NCBI GenBank assembly: GCA_964449985.1
Contig: CAYVCG010000008.1
Span: 7,805 to 47,429, forward strand
Reading direction: 5' to 3'
DNA length: 39,625 bases
DNA from: an uncultured Defluviitaleaceae bacterium
GTDB lineage: Bacteria; Bacillota; Clostridia; Lachnospirales; WRAX01
Position numbers and translations under genes: made by a program. Each line of letters opens with the position of its first letter. Positions within the stretch are counted from its first letter, which is position 1. Shown piece by piece: positions 23,446-33,733 of the stretch. The notes beneath the pieces are model-generated. The model was not told where the DNA came from. It ran no database searches and saw only the letters and a list, made by a program, of their open reading frames with translations.

Positions 23446-26400
23446 TTATACCTCAAACCACCTGCCCAACTCAAAGAAATAAATGACGGATTGTTTAAGC
23501 CGACCGTTCATCGCCGCCAAAACAGCCCTTTTATATACCCCTATCTGGATTTTATACCGCTCAAGCACTGTTTCCGCCGTACTTGGCATAACCTTATCTG
23601 ATTTGTAGTCCAAAAGCACAAATCCATCCTCCTCTTCAAACAAACAGTCTATAATGCCGTGAACCAAAACCCTTTCATTTTTGCATCCGACCCAAGATGG
23701 ATTTATTTCCTCCGGTTTCATCCCTAAAACGAACGGTATTTCTTTCATAACATTTTTTGATTTCCGCATTCTATCCGCAAGGCTGGACTGTGAAAAGGCC
23801 TCTATTTTTTTTATGTCTATATGCTGTGCATCTTCCTCGCTGAAAATCCCTTTTGCAGTAAGGCTATGTATAAGCTTTTTTATCTCCGAATATTCATGAT
23901 GCATAGAAACATCCAAATGCTCCATAACCGCATGAAGAAGAACGCCTTTTCTTGCCGGGGTGTAAATATTTCTGGATTTACCGCTTTGCAAAAAATCAGG
24001 CCGGCGCAACTCATCAGTAATTTTAGGCGAATAAAAACTCTCGCTGTCTTTCGTTTGAAGCTCATAATTAATCCGCTTTATCTCTGAAATAGATATTTTG
24101 GATGGTATTTCAGCCACAGCGGAATAAGGGTATACGAATGAGATGTTGTTTGTGATCTCGTTTTTTCTGCCGCTATAATCCTTATCTTTATCAATTAGAT
24201 CAAACTGTTGTTTAACATCGAATCCCGCGCCATCTTTAGAACTGTTAGCAACAAAATCAGATTTTTTGTTTATAGCTATACTCCACCGTGATTCATCATT
24301 AAAAAGCTTTTCATTCCATCTTTCTGTTTCGACCGAAAGATGTTTAACTATATCCCTATGCCTTAACAAAGCGCTTATTATCCAATCAAAGAAACAGCGT
24401 TTCTTAGATAAAAAATACGGATTAACAGCTGGTTTGCCATCGCATGAATACCTCTTTATAACATCAATCCTTCTTGCGATATCCTTTATGCAGGCCGAAA
24501 GTATAATCTTTTCCTTTGCCCTCGTGAGCGCCACATAAAGCACGCGCATTTCCTCAGACAAACTCTCTATAATAATCTTTTTTGATATCGCATATCGTGA
24601 AAGCGTATTGTATTTTATGCGCAAATCGCTATCTATACTCACTGCCCCGACGCCCAGCTTTTGATGCAACAAAACCGGGCTTGTCGCGTCAGACAAATTA
24701 AAGCGCCGCCCAAGACCACACACGAAAACGACAGGGAATTCAAGCCCTTTACTCTTATGTATACTCATAACTCGTACTACGTTTTCATTCTCGCTTATTA
24801 CTTTTGCACTGCCGAATTCCGTCTTTCCCTTTTGAATCTTTTCGATATACATTATAAAATTGAACAAGCTTTTTAGCCTTGTCTTCTCATATCTAACAGC
24901 CCGCTCAAAAAGCGCGCGCAAATTCGCCTGACGAACAGCCCCTCCCGGCATTGTACCGGCGTAGTCAAAATAGCCGCTGTCTCCATAAATCGCTTGCAGA
25001 AGTTCGCTTATACTCATATAAACGGCCATATTACGCCATCTATCTAAGTCTGATAAAAATCTGCAAAGCTTTTGGGATAGGCTATCTTCATAAACCCTTG
25101 TATATTCCAAAACGCAATCATAAAACATTCCGCGGGCAAGGCACTGACGAATGCTTAGCAACTCATCCGCTGTAACACCGTAAACCGATGAATACAAGGC
25201 AGATATAAGATGGATATCTTGACGCGGGTTATCCACAATTCTTAAAAGGCTCAGAATCGTCATTATTTCCATTGATTCGAAATAGCCTGTGGATGTATCA
25301 GAAAACGATGGCAAATCAATATCACCCAAAGCCCGAACATAAGCATCTGCAACGTTTCTTGTGGAGCGCAGCAAAATAACGATATCCCTTGGCTCTATAT
25401 CCCGAAAACCGTCTTTTTCAGTGACTTGAAACGGTTTACCGCTATCAGCGCCCAATAGCTGTTTAATCCTGTTTGCAACCATCGTGGCTTCTAGCTCTGC
25501 ATTAGTCAGCTCTGCTATTATTTCATCGCTTTCTTGCTCATTCACGGATTCAGTATTATCCTCAGTTTCAGCATCAATATCGGTATTATCATCAGGCTTT
25601 CCAGTTTCTGACGTATCTAAAACCAATACCTCTGTCTTTTCGGCGTTTGCATCATCAAACGGCAGATAATCAGCTCCATAATACAACATAGCATCCTCAT
25701 CGTATATTACCTCACCCAGATAATCCGTCATGATTTGCTTAAAAATAAAGTTTATGGCGCAAAGAACGCTTTTCCTGCTTCTAAAGTTTTTTGATAAATC
25801 TATTCTTTGCTCCAAATCTCCCTCATTCGTGCCATAGGAATAATACTTTTCACGAAACAACTCAGGATTTGCCATACGAAATCTATATATGCTCTGTTTT
25901 ATATCTCCCACCATAAAGCGGTTTCTCGCATCTCTATTTTTGGAAACGAGCGACAATATAAGCTCTTGAACAAGGTTAGAATCCTGATATTCATCGGTTA
26001 ATACTTCATTAAATTTCTGACGAAGCTCCATAGCTGCGATTGATGGCAATATTTTATCAAATCCGGAATCGGGCTGCGTTAGAGCCTTTATACATAAATG
26101 CTCAAAATCCCCGAAATCCGCTATATTTCTGGCTCTCTTAACGTCGTAAAATCGTTTTGAAAACGCGATTACGACTTTGCACAACGTCCTAATATTCGCA
26201 CAGCTGAAAGAAATGTTTTTTACGATACCTTCTGGGCTTAAAGACAAAGCCTTTTTCTGCATATCTGAAACCGGCTTTTTTATATCCGCCGTTCGAATGT
26301 CTGAAATAAGCTGTTTTAGGGCAATTGTCTCCTCATCGTCATCACTGCTTTTTTTGCCGGGGATAGCAAGGCGCATTGTTGCAAAAGAAAAAGCCATCGC

Positions 26401-27264
26401 TTGATAAAACGCTGAAAAGCCCGAATCCAACGATTTCATAGCACTCGTAAGCTTCTGCCTGTCATCTTCCAAAACTTGGATAGCGGCAGGATTGATTTGG
26501 GGATGGCGGCAAAGCCCTTCGACAATATCAACGGACGATAAGCAGCCAGATAGCGATATCCTTGCATCTTCCGCAAAGTATTTATACCAATCGGTTTGTT
26601 CCAGCTCATCTATGCTTTGCAAATCCAATTTATCTAGCCAATATAATAACCAGCTTTCCGGCCATGGGCAACTCTGAATAAAATCAAACATTTTTAGAGC
26701 CAACTCCTGCAAACCGTCATCCTTTATCTTATCACCAAAGCAGCTCACAAGATTTAAAAAATCGGAATTATCATTGCTTCCGAAAACACTTTGCAAAAAC
26801 TCCTCATCATCGCTTTCGTAAAGCTGTTCAAACAAATCCCTCATGATTTCTGCCTTTAGCAAATCGGATTCCGCTCCGTCAACAATCCGAAAGCTTGGGT
26901 CTATATCGATTAAATAAAAATATTTACGTATTACGCTTAAACAAAACGAATGTATCGTCATTATAGATGAGTTGTTAATAAGCATGGCTTGCTTTTGCAG
27001 ATGAACGCTATCCGGATTTTCAGAAAGCCGCTGTTCAATCCCTTTTAATATTCTTTGCCGCATTTCAGCTGCTGCGGCTTCTGTAAACGTAACGACTAAA
27101 AGCCTGTCGATATCAACAGGCTTTTGCTCATTGGTTATTATTCTTATTATTCTTTCTACAAGCACGGCTGTTTTGCCGGAACCAGCCGCAGCAGATACAA
27201 GCAAATCACAATCCCTTGTTGCTATTGCCCGCTCCTGCTGTGGCGTAAAAACCGTTTTAGGCAT
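23446..27264 (-). CDS. addA: ATP-dependent helicase/nuclease subunit A (AddA/RexA type: UvrD-like helicase plus C-terminal RecB-family nuclease)
   Basis: Walker A VSAAAGSGKT, motif II TDEYQDSN, and helicase motifs through VMSIHKSKGLEFPVVF and YVALTRAKEKI. C-terminal PD-(D/E)xK motif HGIIDCLFEEEDGFVLLDYKSD. I prefer the ATG at 27264 (AAGGTGA SD), which removes the overlap with orf203. Confidence 0.9.
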   Translation of the reverse strand: MPKTVFTPQQERAIATRDCDLLVSAAAGSGKTAVLVERIIRIITNEQKPVDIDRLLVVTFTEAAAAEMRQRILKGIEQRLSENPDSVHLQKQAMLINNSSIMTIHSFCLSVIRKYFYLIDIDPSFRIVDGAESDLLKAEIMRDLFEQLYESDDEEFLQSVFGSNDNSDFLNLVSCFGDKIKDDGLQELALKMFDFIQSCPWPESWLLYWLDKLDLQSIDELEQTDWYKYFAEDARISLSGCLSSVDIVEGLCRHPQINPAAIQVLEDDRQKLTSAMKSLDSGFSAFYQAMAFSFATMRLAIPGKKSSDDDEETIALKQLISDIRTADIKKPVSDMQKKALSLSPEGIVKNISFSCANIRTLCKVVIAFSKRFYDVKRARNIADFGDFEHLCIKALTQPDSGFDKILPSIAAMELRQKFNEVLTDEYQDSNLVQELILSLVSKNRDARNRFMVGDIKQSIYRFRMANPELFREKYYSYGTNEGDLEQRIDLSKNFRSRKSVLCAINFIFKQIMTDYLGEVIYDEDAMLYYGADYLPFDDANAEKTEVLVLDTSETGKPDDNTDIDAETEDNTESVNEQESDEIIAELTNAELEATMVANRIKQLLGADSGKPFQVTEKDGFRDIEPRDIVILLRSTRNVADAYVRALGDIDLPSFSDTSTGYFESMEIMTILSLLRIVDNPRQDIHLISALYSSVYGVTADELLSIRQCLARGMFYDCVLEYTRVYEDSLSQKLCRFLSDLDRWRNMAVYMSISELLQAIYGDSGYFDYAGTMPGGAVRQANLRALFERAVRYEKTRLKSLFNFIMYIEKIQKGKTEFGSAKVISENENVVRVMSIHKSKGLEFPVVFVCGLGRRFNLSDATSPVLLHQKLGVGAVSIDSDLRIKYNTLSRYAISKKIIIESLSEEMRVLYVALTRAKEKIILSACIKDIARRIDVIKRYSCDGKPAVNPYFLSKKRCFFDWIISALLRHRDIVKHLSVETERWNEKLFNDESRWSIAINKKSDFVANSSKDGAGFDVKQQFDLIDKDKDYSGRKNEITNNISFVYPYSAVAEIPSKISISEIKRINYELQTKDSESFYSPKITDELRRPDFLQSGKSRNIYTPARKGVLLHAVMEHLDVSMHHEYSEIKKLIHSLTAKGIFSEEDAQHIDIKKIEAFSQSSLADRMRKSKNVMKEIPFVLGMKPEEINPSWVGCKNERVLVHGIIDCLFEEEDGFVLLDYKSDKVMPSTAETVLERYKIQIGVYKRAVLAAMNGRLKQSVIYFFELGRWFEV

Positions 27265-27277
27265 AGTTATCACCTTG

Positions 27278-27889
27278 TCAATGGGTATTAACGAATGTAT
27301 CGGCTTCATAAAGCCTGCTGTTTAACGAGACATAATGAGTAAATGATTTTAAAAACCCGTCAAACGTACTGCACAGGAAATTATTAACGAATGCTTTGGT
27401 TTCATCATCAGCGGTTTCAAAACCCACAATCTCAGAAACGATAAAGTCCGAGAACTCTGCATTAAAAGCAATCGTGCTATCCCTGCAAAGACCACTAAAA
27501 TGGTTAAACCGCTGTTTTTCGTTCTCATCAAATATAAAAATATCAAACATAAACGGTTCTATTTCCTTACCTTTTAAATGCCTGCCTTTTTTTGCAATAA
27601 ATCTGGACACATGATAAAAGCTTATCCATTTGAACAAATCTGCAAGCATCGCCCTGTCAACAGTGTCAAAAGCGCTATCGCTTACCTGCTTCTTCCTGTT
27701 CGAAAATTCCTTTGATAATTCGAAAATATCTTCTTTCGTACAGTTTATTACCTGGGTATAAAAATTCTTCAAAAATCTGTCAGGTATTTCCGTTTTATTA
27801 AGCAGAGAGTCATATTCTGAGTCTACATTTTTATGCAAATAATAACTTTGCATAAGCCTGCTTCGGCAAATAAAGCTAATAATATCCAT
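27278..27889 (-). CDS. 203-aa hypothetical protein between pcrA and addA
   Basis: Clean ORF with GAGGTGA SD. The stop is 13 nt upstream of the addA ATG. No recognisable motif and no TM segment. It occupies the position where addB normally sits. Confidence 0.6.
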   Translation of the reverse strand: MDIISFICRSRLMQSYYLHKNVDSEYDSLLNKTEIPDRFLKNFYTQVINCTKEDIFELSKEFSNRKKQVSDSAFDTVDRAMLADLFKWISFYHVSRFIAKKGRHLKGKEIEPFMFDIFIFDENEKQRFNHFSGLCRDSTIAFNAEFSDFIVSEIVGFETADDETKAFVNNFLCSTFDGFLKSFTHYVSLNSRLYEADTFVNTH

Positions 27890-27973
27890 GACGATTCACC
27901 TCGTGGAAAATATTACCATATCCATACCGGTGAATAACGGAAAAAAAGCTCGATTATTTAAGCTTTTTTGGCA

Positions 27974-30220
27974 TCACACTTTGACAAGCTTTGACAAATG
28001 AGCCATAAACTTTTTATTTCCAACCGTCGGGAATGAAACCGTAACCTCATAATCAGCCCCTGCCGGAGTAATGTTGATGACCTCTCCAATACCATATTTA
28101 ATCTGTCGCACCTTATCCCCAACAGAAAAATCTGGCGCACCATCCTTTGGCGCCGGTATGTTTTGCGGAGACATATAGCTTTTGCCCCCAAATCCATGAG
28201 GTTTGTTGCCGCTAGATATTTTTGCTCTAAACGTTCCAACGGCTGATTTGCTTTCATTTATTTCAAACTCATCTTCCATAATCACATCAACCTTTTTCTT
28301 ACCAGTGGTATCAAAATATTCCGCCGGTATTTCCTTTAAAAAGCTGGAGGCGGCGTTATAAACGGTATGGCCATGCTGCATCCTTTGATTGGCCATAGTC
28401 AAATAAAGTTTTTCTTTAGCGCGGGTTATACCAACGTAGCACAACCTGCGTTCTTCTTCAAGCTGCTTTATGTCTCCGGAAATAGTGCTTCTATAGCTTG
28501 GGAATATGCCTTCTTCAAAGCCGGAAATGAAAACCACAGGAAATTCCAGACCTTTAGAGCTATGCAAGGTCATCAAAACAACGCATTCGTCGCCTTCGAC
28601 ATAGCTGTCTATATCGGAAACCAATGCAACCTCTTCTAAAAACACAGACAAAAGCGGCGTTTCCGACTGTTTTTCAAACTCAGCAGCCTTTGCAATAAGC
28701 TCGCTTATGTTTTCCAACCGTTCCTTTGATTCTTCTGAGTTTTCCGTTATCATTTCCAGTGTGTATCCTGTTTTTTCGAGCAGTTTATCCATAAGCTCAG
28801 TAACAGGGAGCTCGAAAGAAAGCTCTCTAAGCTTTTCCATCATATCAACAAAAGCTCTGACCTTTGCTGCCTTTGAGGGTGGGCTTATTATGCTTTCAAC
28901 GTCCTTTAAGGCATCAAAAAAAGAAAGATCATTTTCCACAGCGTATTGTGATATTTTTTCGACCGTAGTGTCTCCTATTCCCCTTTTTGGCACGTTTATA
29001 ATACGTTTTAACGCAACACTGTCATAAGGGTTATAAACGGAACGCAAATAGGCCAGAACATCCTTTATCTCCCGCCGCTCATAAAACCGTATGCCGCCGA
29101 AAAGCCTATATGGTATGCCTTTTCTTATCAGGCTATCCTCAAGAGCTCTGGATTGAGAATTCGTTCTATACAGTATGGCAAAATCGCTGTAGATTATACC
29201 TTGCGCCTTTTTTTGAGAAATAACGTCTGTTATAAAATCCGCCTCGCCGACTTCACTGTCGGCCTTGTATGTGGTTATGCGCTCGCCCTCGGCAAGCTCC
29301 GTCCACAATTTTTTTGATTTTCTGTTTATATTATTGCTAATAACTGAGTTTGCGGCGTTAAGAATAATTTTTGTTGAACGATAGTTTTGCTCAAGCTTAA
29401 TAACCTTTGCAGCAGGAAAGTCTTTTTCGAATTCCAGAATATTTCTTATGTTTGCGCCACGCCAGCCGTATATACTTTGATCATCATCGCCAACAACGCA
29501 TAAATTTTTGTATTTCTGGCTTAATAACCGCACAAGCGTATATTGCGCCGTATTTGTATCCTGATATTCATCAATCATTATGTACCTAAACCGTTCCTGA
29601 TATGTATTCAAAACGTCTGAACGGGATAAAAACAGCTCAACAGTTTTAAATATAATATCGTCAAAATCCAGAGCATTGCTTTCTTTAAGCCTTTTCTGAT
29701 ACAATTTATAAGCTTTAGCGATAATACTCATGCGAAAATCGCCTTCGGTTTGCTTTTCATAAACAGCAGGCGTAACAAGCTCGTCCTTTAGCTTGCTTAT
29801 TATACCCATAACGGTTCTTGGCGGAAACTGCTTGTCATTTATGTTTAATTCCTTTATAACAAGTTTAATAAGCCGTTCCGCGTCGTCTGCATCGTATATC
29901 GTAAAGCTGTTGTCAAAATCTATTTTGGAAATCTCACGCCTTAAAATACGCACACAGCAAGCATGAAACGTGCTAACCCACACTCCGCTATTTTCCGAAA
30001 CAAGCTTTTCGACCCTTTCCTTCATCTCTCTGGCCGCTTTGTTTGTAAAAGTTATAGCAATAATATTAAACGGGCTTACGCCCTTTTCAATCAAATATGC
30101 AATACGATGGGTCAAAACCCTTGTCTTTCCGGAACCAGCCCCGGCCAGAAGCAGCAAGGGCCCCTCCGTTGTTAAAACAGCTTCTTTTTGCATAGGGTTT
30201 AAACCACTAAATAAATCCAT
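27974..30220 (-). CDS. pcrA: ATP-dependent DNA helicase PcrA (UvrD/Rep superfamily 1)
   Basis: LLLLAGAGSGKT, MIDEYQDTN, GDDDQSIYGWRGA, QNYRS, LMTLHSSKGLEFPVVF, CYVGITRAKEKLY. C-terminal Tudor-like tail GDKVRQIKYGIGEV. Confidence 0.93.
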   Translation of the reverse strand: MDLFSGLNPMQKEAVLTTEGPLLLLAGAGSGKTRVLTHRIAYLIEKGVSPFNIIAITFTNKAAREMKERVEKLVSENSGVWVSTFHACCVRILRREISKIDFDNSFTIYDADDAERLIKLVIKELNINDKQFPPRTVMGIISKLKDELVTPAVYEKQTEGDFRMSIIAKAYKLYQKRLKESNALDFDDIIFKTVELFLSRSDVLNTYQERFRYIMIDEYQDTNTAQYTLVRLLSQKYKNLCVVGDDDQSIYGWRGANIRNILEFEKDFPAAKVIKLEQNYRSTKIILNAANSVISNNINRKSKKLWTELAEGERITTYKADSEVGEADFITDVISQKKAQGIIYSDFAILYRTNSQSRALEDSLIRKGIPYRLFGGIRFYERREIKDVLAYLRSVYNPYDSVALKRIINVPKRGIGDTTVEKISQYAVENDLSFFDALKDVESIISPPSKAAKVRAFVDMMEKLRELSFELPVTELMDKLLEKTGYTLEMITENSEESKERLENISELIAKAAEFEKQSETPLLSVFLEEVALVSDIDSYVEGDECVVLMTLHSSKGLEFPVVFISGFEEGIFPSYRSTISGDIKQLEEERRLCYVGITRAKEKLYLTMANQRMQHGHTVYNAASSFLKEIPAEYFDTTGKKKVDVIMEDEFEINESKSAVGTFRAKISSGNKPHGFGGKSYMSPQNIPAPKDGAPDFSVGDKVRQIKYGIGEVINITPAGADYEVTVSFPTVGNKKFMAHLSKLVKV

Positions 30221-30235
30221 AATAAAAAAATCTCC

Positions 30236-30538
30236 TTACTCGCCTTTTAATCTGTCAAACACTATTTTGTAACCGTCAGAACCATACACGAGCGACCTGT
30301 TTATTCTGCTGATTGTTGCGGTGGATGCGCCTGTAGCTTCTCCGATTTCGGAATACGTTTTCCCTTCATTAAGCATTGCCGCTATAGAAACTCTCTGCGC
30401 AAAGGCCCTAAGCTCATGTATTGTACACACGTCATCAAAAAACGCATAACACTCTTCAAGCGTTTCAAGTTTAAGCACGCATTCAAACAGCATATCCATA
30501 GATTCGCTTTTTAACCTTTCGTTCATAAATAATGCCAC
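30236..30538 (-). CDS. yerC: YerC/YecD-family TrpR-like DNA-binding protein
   Basis: 100 aa. Helix-turn-helix YSEIGEATGASTATISRINRSL and family-typical LFECVLKLETLEECYAFFDDVCTIHELRAFAQR. Sits immediately upstream of pcrA. Confidence 0.85.
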   Translation of the reverse strand: MALFMNERLKSESMDMLFECVLKLETLEECYAFFDDVCTIHELRAFAQRVSIAAMLNEGKTYSEIGEATGASTATISRINRSLVYGSDGYKIVFDRLKGE

Positions 30539-30783
30539 CCTTGTATTTTGTAAATGCTAGATTATTCAGCACTTACTTATTTTTATAGACATAATTTTAC
30601 CATTTTAGTTAATTAAAGTAAACACAAATTTCCAAAATTAAATATACAAACCCAAGCCGCATTTTTTAGCATATTAATTTTTTCTAACTTAATTTGCATG
30701 TGTACATATATATGTGTTTGGTATATACTAAATCAAAATAATAAATCAATAGCAAGATGAGTGCGCAAGGGGGATTAGGCAAA

Positions 30784-31020
30784 ATGAAGGTTTTAAAGGG
30801 CTATTTCATAAAAAAGCAAAAAGCAGTTAACATATATTGCAACAAATGCTCCAAAGAAATTCCGAAAAAAGATAAAACACATTTTTCCGATTTTCTTGAA
30901 ATAAACAAGCAATGGGGGTATTTCTCCGATTCTGATGGAGAAACACACAGCTTCGACATTTGCCAGGATTGTTATAACGAATTTATCTCTAGTTTTAAAA
31001 TACCTATTGATAAGACTTAA
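30784..31020 (+). CDS. Small zinc-ribbon protein, hypothetical
   Basis: Two CxxC pairs (CNKCSKE, CQDCYNEF). AAGGGGGA SD 9 nt before the ATG at 30784 (the track start at 30757 has no SD). A hairpin lies at 31034-31055, just after the stop. Confidence 0.5.
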   Translation: MKVLKGYFIKKQKAVNIYCNKCSKEIPKKDKTHFSDFLEINKQWGYFSDSDGETHSFDICQDCYNEFISSFKIPIDKT

Positions 31021-31067
31021 AGGCAATAATATTATCCCTTTTATTTTAAAGGGATATACATAAATAA

Positions 31068-31114
31068 GCGCATTTGAAAACCATAGGCAACCAATGATTG
31101 ATTTCCAAATGCGC
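31068..31114 (-). terminator. Hairpin terminator after the TIM-barrel isomerase gene
   Basis: Perfect 9-bp stem gcgcatttg/caaatgcgc (31068-31076 / 31106-31114). A U-rich tract follows on the minus strand. The loop is large (29 nt). Confidence 0.45.
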
Positions 31115-31128
31115 ATTAATTAGTTTTA

Positions 31129-31917
31129 TTATACAGCGCTCAAAAAATGCGGCAAAACGATGCCCGGTTCCTCAAGATTCATATTCCAACGTTTTACCCA
31201 CTCCAAAACCGCAAAGCCATCATATCCGTTTGATTTAAGCAGCTCTAAAGCCTCAGCCACAGGAACGTCCCCATAACCAATCATCTTATAAATAGTCTTA
31301 TCATCACTCATAACAGAATCTTTAACATGAACATGCTTAATATATTTTGACAAATTTTTGTATGTGTGTTCCACACTTTCGTCAAAGTATCTATAGGGAT
31401 GATGTATATCCCACAAAACGCCTAAAGAAGGATGATTAATCCTTTCACATAATTGTTTTAGCTTTAACGAATCAGCATAAACACCATTGGTCTCAATTAA
31501 TAAAGTTATACCTTCCGATTCCGCAAGCGGGAGCAATTCCTTCAAACTTTTTTCGACAGCCTCTTCATCAACATGCCCCGGAGCCGGATCCCTATCCCCA
31601 AGCACACGGATAAACGGTGTATTAAGACAAACCGCAAGCTTTATATAATCCATAACCTCATTTTTGGCTGCATCTGCAAGAGAGCTATCGAAAAGGAATG
31701 CACCGGAAGCAAGACATGGAATCGAAAGACCAAGACGTTGAAGCGTTGATTTAAGCCGAGAAATATTTTCATTAGAAAAAATATTTATTTTAGGCAAATA
31801 AATTTCTTTTCCAACACCCCTTAGCTCTATACCGTCAAACCCAAGATCCGACGCAGCGGTAGTTATATCATCCCAAGACCATTCCGGACAGCCTACTGTA
31901 GAAAAACCATATTTCAT
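31129..31917 (-). CDS. Sugar-phosphate isomerase/epimerase (xylose-isomerase-like TIM barrel)
   Basis: 262 aa. Family-typical GFDGIELR, LLIETNG, WDIHH, HVHVKD and AVLEW metal-ligand pattern. Confidence 0.75.
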   Translation of the reverse strand: MKYGFSTVGCPEWSWDDITTAASDLGFDGIELRGVGKEIYLPKINIFSNENISRLKSTLQRLGLSIPCLASGAFLFDSSLADAAKNEVMDYIKLAVCLNTPFIRVLGDRDPAPGHVDEEAVEKSLKELLPLAESEGITLLIETNGVYADSLKLKQLCERINHPSLGVLWDIHHPYRYFDESVEHTYKNLSKYIKHVHVKDSVMSDDKTIYKMIGYGDVPVAEALELLKSNGYDGFAVLEWVKRWNMNLEEPGIVLPHFLSAV

Positions 31918-31938
31918 AAAACATCGCCCTCCTTTTCA

Positions 31939-33588
31939 CTATTCATTATCGGAAACAAGATTCAAACGTTGGGCAGCCTCCTCACGAAGCTTATACTTTT
32001 GTATTTTGCCACTGGCCGTCATCGGGAATTCCGACATGAATAATATATATTTAGGAACTTTATGCCTCGCAAGATTATCCCGAACGTAGTCTTTCAGCTC
32101 GTCTTCCGTAATCGCTTCATCTTTCCTGAGAACAACGCAGGCACAAACCTCTTCACCGTATTGTTTGCTTGGAACACCAACAACCTGAACATCAAGCACC
32201 TTAGGGTTGGTATATAAAAATTCCTCGATTTCCTTTGGATATATATTTTCTCCGCCCCTAATAATCATATCCTTTATTCGGCCTGTTATTCTGTAATATC
32301 CTTCTTCGTCCTTTGTTGCCAAATCCCCGCTATGCAGCCATCCATCCACTATAACCTGCGCTGTTGCTTCAGGCATATTATAATAACCTTTCATAACGTT
32401 AAATCCTTTAACAACAAACTCTCCAGGAACGTTTGGCGGACATTCTTCACCTGTTTCCGGGTCAATAACCTTGCATTCCATAAACGGCAAAGTTCGACCT
32501 ACAGTCGAAACCCTACACTCGATCGTATCATCCGTTGTTGTTTGCGTACAAACAGGAGATGCTTCCGTAAGGCCGTATGCTATTGTGATTTCACGCATAT
32601 TCATTTGATCAACCGTTTGCTGCATAACCTTTATCGGGCATGGAGAGCCAGCCATTATGCCCGTGCGCAGCGTACTGAAATCATATTCTTTAAAATCAGG
32701 ATGTTCCAACATAGCTATAAACATAGTCGGAACGCCATGAACAGCAGTACATCGTTCTTCCTGAATAGTTTTCATAACAACGAGCGGGTTGAAATGCTCT
32801 ACAGGTACAATAGTCGTTGCATGAGTAAACGCTGCCATAATTCCAAGGACGCATCCAAAGCAATGGAAAAACGGAACAGGGATACACAGCTTATCTTTCT
32901 CAGAAAACTTCATGCATTCCCCAATAAAAAATCCGTCATTTACGATGTTGTAATGCGTTAGCATAACACCTTTCGGAAATCCTGTCGTTCCGGAGGTATA
33001 CTGCATATTAACAACGTCGTGTATGTCCGTAGCTTTTTGCGCCGCTATGAGTTCCTCATCTGATATATTCTTTGCCGATTCATATAAATCGCACCAGTTA
33101 ATAATGCCGTCCAGATTGCCGTTGTTAATATGTATTATATTTTTAAGGCAAGGTAATTTTTTTGACGTCCATTCCCCAGGCTTAGAACCTTTAAGCTCCG
33201 GAACAAGCTCATTAATAATCCCAACATAATCAGAATCTTTAAAACCGCTCATAAGAACAAGCGTGCTTGTATCAGATTGGCGAAGCAAGTATTCAGCCTC
33301 AAATATTTTATAATTAGTATTGACCGTTACCATAACTGCTCCGATTTTAGCTGTGGCAAACATTGTTATGACCCATTCCGGGTAGTTCGTCGCCCAAACA
33401 GAAACATGATCGCCTTTTTTAATGCCGATACTTAAAAACCCTTTAGCAGTTTCGTTCACCAAATCCCTAAACTGGGAATATGTCAGGCGAAAAGGGCGGT
33501 CGTTGTATATAACACAATCGTTGTCGGGAAAGCGATCTGCCATTTCATCCAACAAGCCACCTAAAGTAATTTCCCAAAGTTTTTCCAT
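31939..33588 (-). CDS. AMP-dependent acyl-CoA synthetase/ligase
   Basis: AMP-binding signature YTSGTTGFPKGV, YGLTE, GWLHSGD, GRIKDMIIRGGENIYP, and a C-terminal SGKIQK lysine. I prefer the ATG at 33588 (GGAGG SD 5 nt upstream). Confidence 0.9.
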   Translation of the reverse strand: MEKLWEITLGGLLDEMADRFPDNDCVIYNDRPFRLTYSQFRDLVNETAKGFLSIGIKKGDHVSVWATNYPEWVITMFATAKIGAVMVTVNTNYKIFEAEYLLRQSDTSTLVLMSGFKDSDYVGIINELVPELKGSKPGEWTSKKLPCLKNIIHINNGNLDGIINWCDLYESAKNISDEELIAAQKATDIHDVVNMQYTSGTTGFPKGVMLTHYNIVNDGFFIGECMKFSEKDKLCIPVPFFHCFGCVLGIMAAFTHATTIVPVEHFNPLVVMKTIQEERCTAVHGVPTMFIAMLEHPDFKEYDFSTLRTGIMAGSPCPIKVMQQTVDQMNMREITIAYGLTEASPVCTQTTTDDTIECRVSTVGRTLPFMECKVIDPETGEECPPNVPGEFVVKGFNVMKGYYNMPEATAQVIVDGWLHSGDLATKDEEGYYRITGRIKDMIIRGGENIYPKEIEEFLYTNPKVLDVQVVGVPSKQYGEEVCACVVLRKDEAITEDELKDYVRDNLARHKVPKYILFMSEFPMTASGKIQKYKLREEAAQRLNLVSDNE

Positions 33589-33674
33589 AAAAACCTCCAT
33601 ATCTAATAAGAACATTTATTATCATAATATACATTAGTTTTAATTATCAGTCAAGTATCACTTAAAATTTGCAC

Positions 33675-33712
33675 AAAAAAACAAGGTTTTCCATATGGAA
33701 AACCTTGTTTTC
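33675..33712 (-). terminator. Strong bidirectional-type terminator after the Big_2 protein gene
   Basis: Perfect 12-bp stem acaaggttttcc/ggaaaaccttgt (33681-33692 / 33697-33708) with an A-run on one side and a T-run on the other. Confidence 0.8.
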
Positions 33713-33733
33713 GTCATTATTCTTTTTAATGAA

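Noticed and set aside
27958-28257. 99-aa minus-strand ORF overlapping the 3' end of pcrA
   Set aside because: It is an alternative frame of pcrA. The PcrA C-terminal Tudor-like tail is read in the other frame.
30695-30717. 23-nt perfectly alternating pyrimidine-purine tract (tgcatgtgtacatatatatgtgt) in the yerC / small-ORF intergenic region
   Set aside because: It is a compositional curiosity in an AT-rich promoter region. I could derive no repeat partner, no conserved motif and no clear functional inference from sequence alone.
32332-32961. 209-aa plus-strand ORF
   Set aside because: It is antisense to the AMP-binding ligase gene, and its Arg/Cys/His-rich composition is typical of shadow frames.
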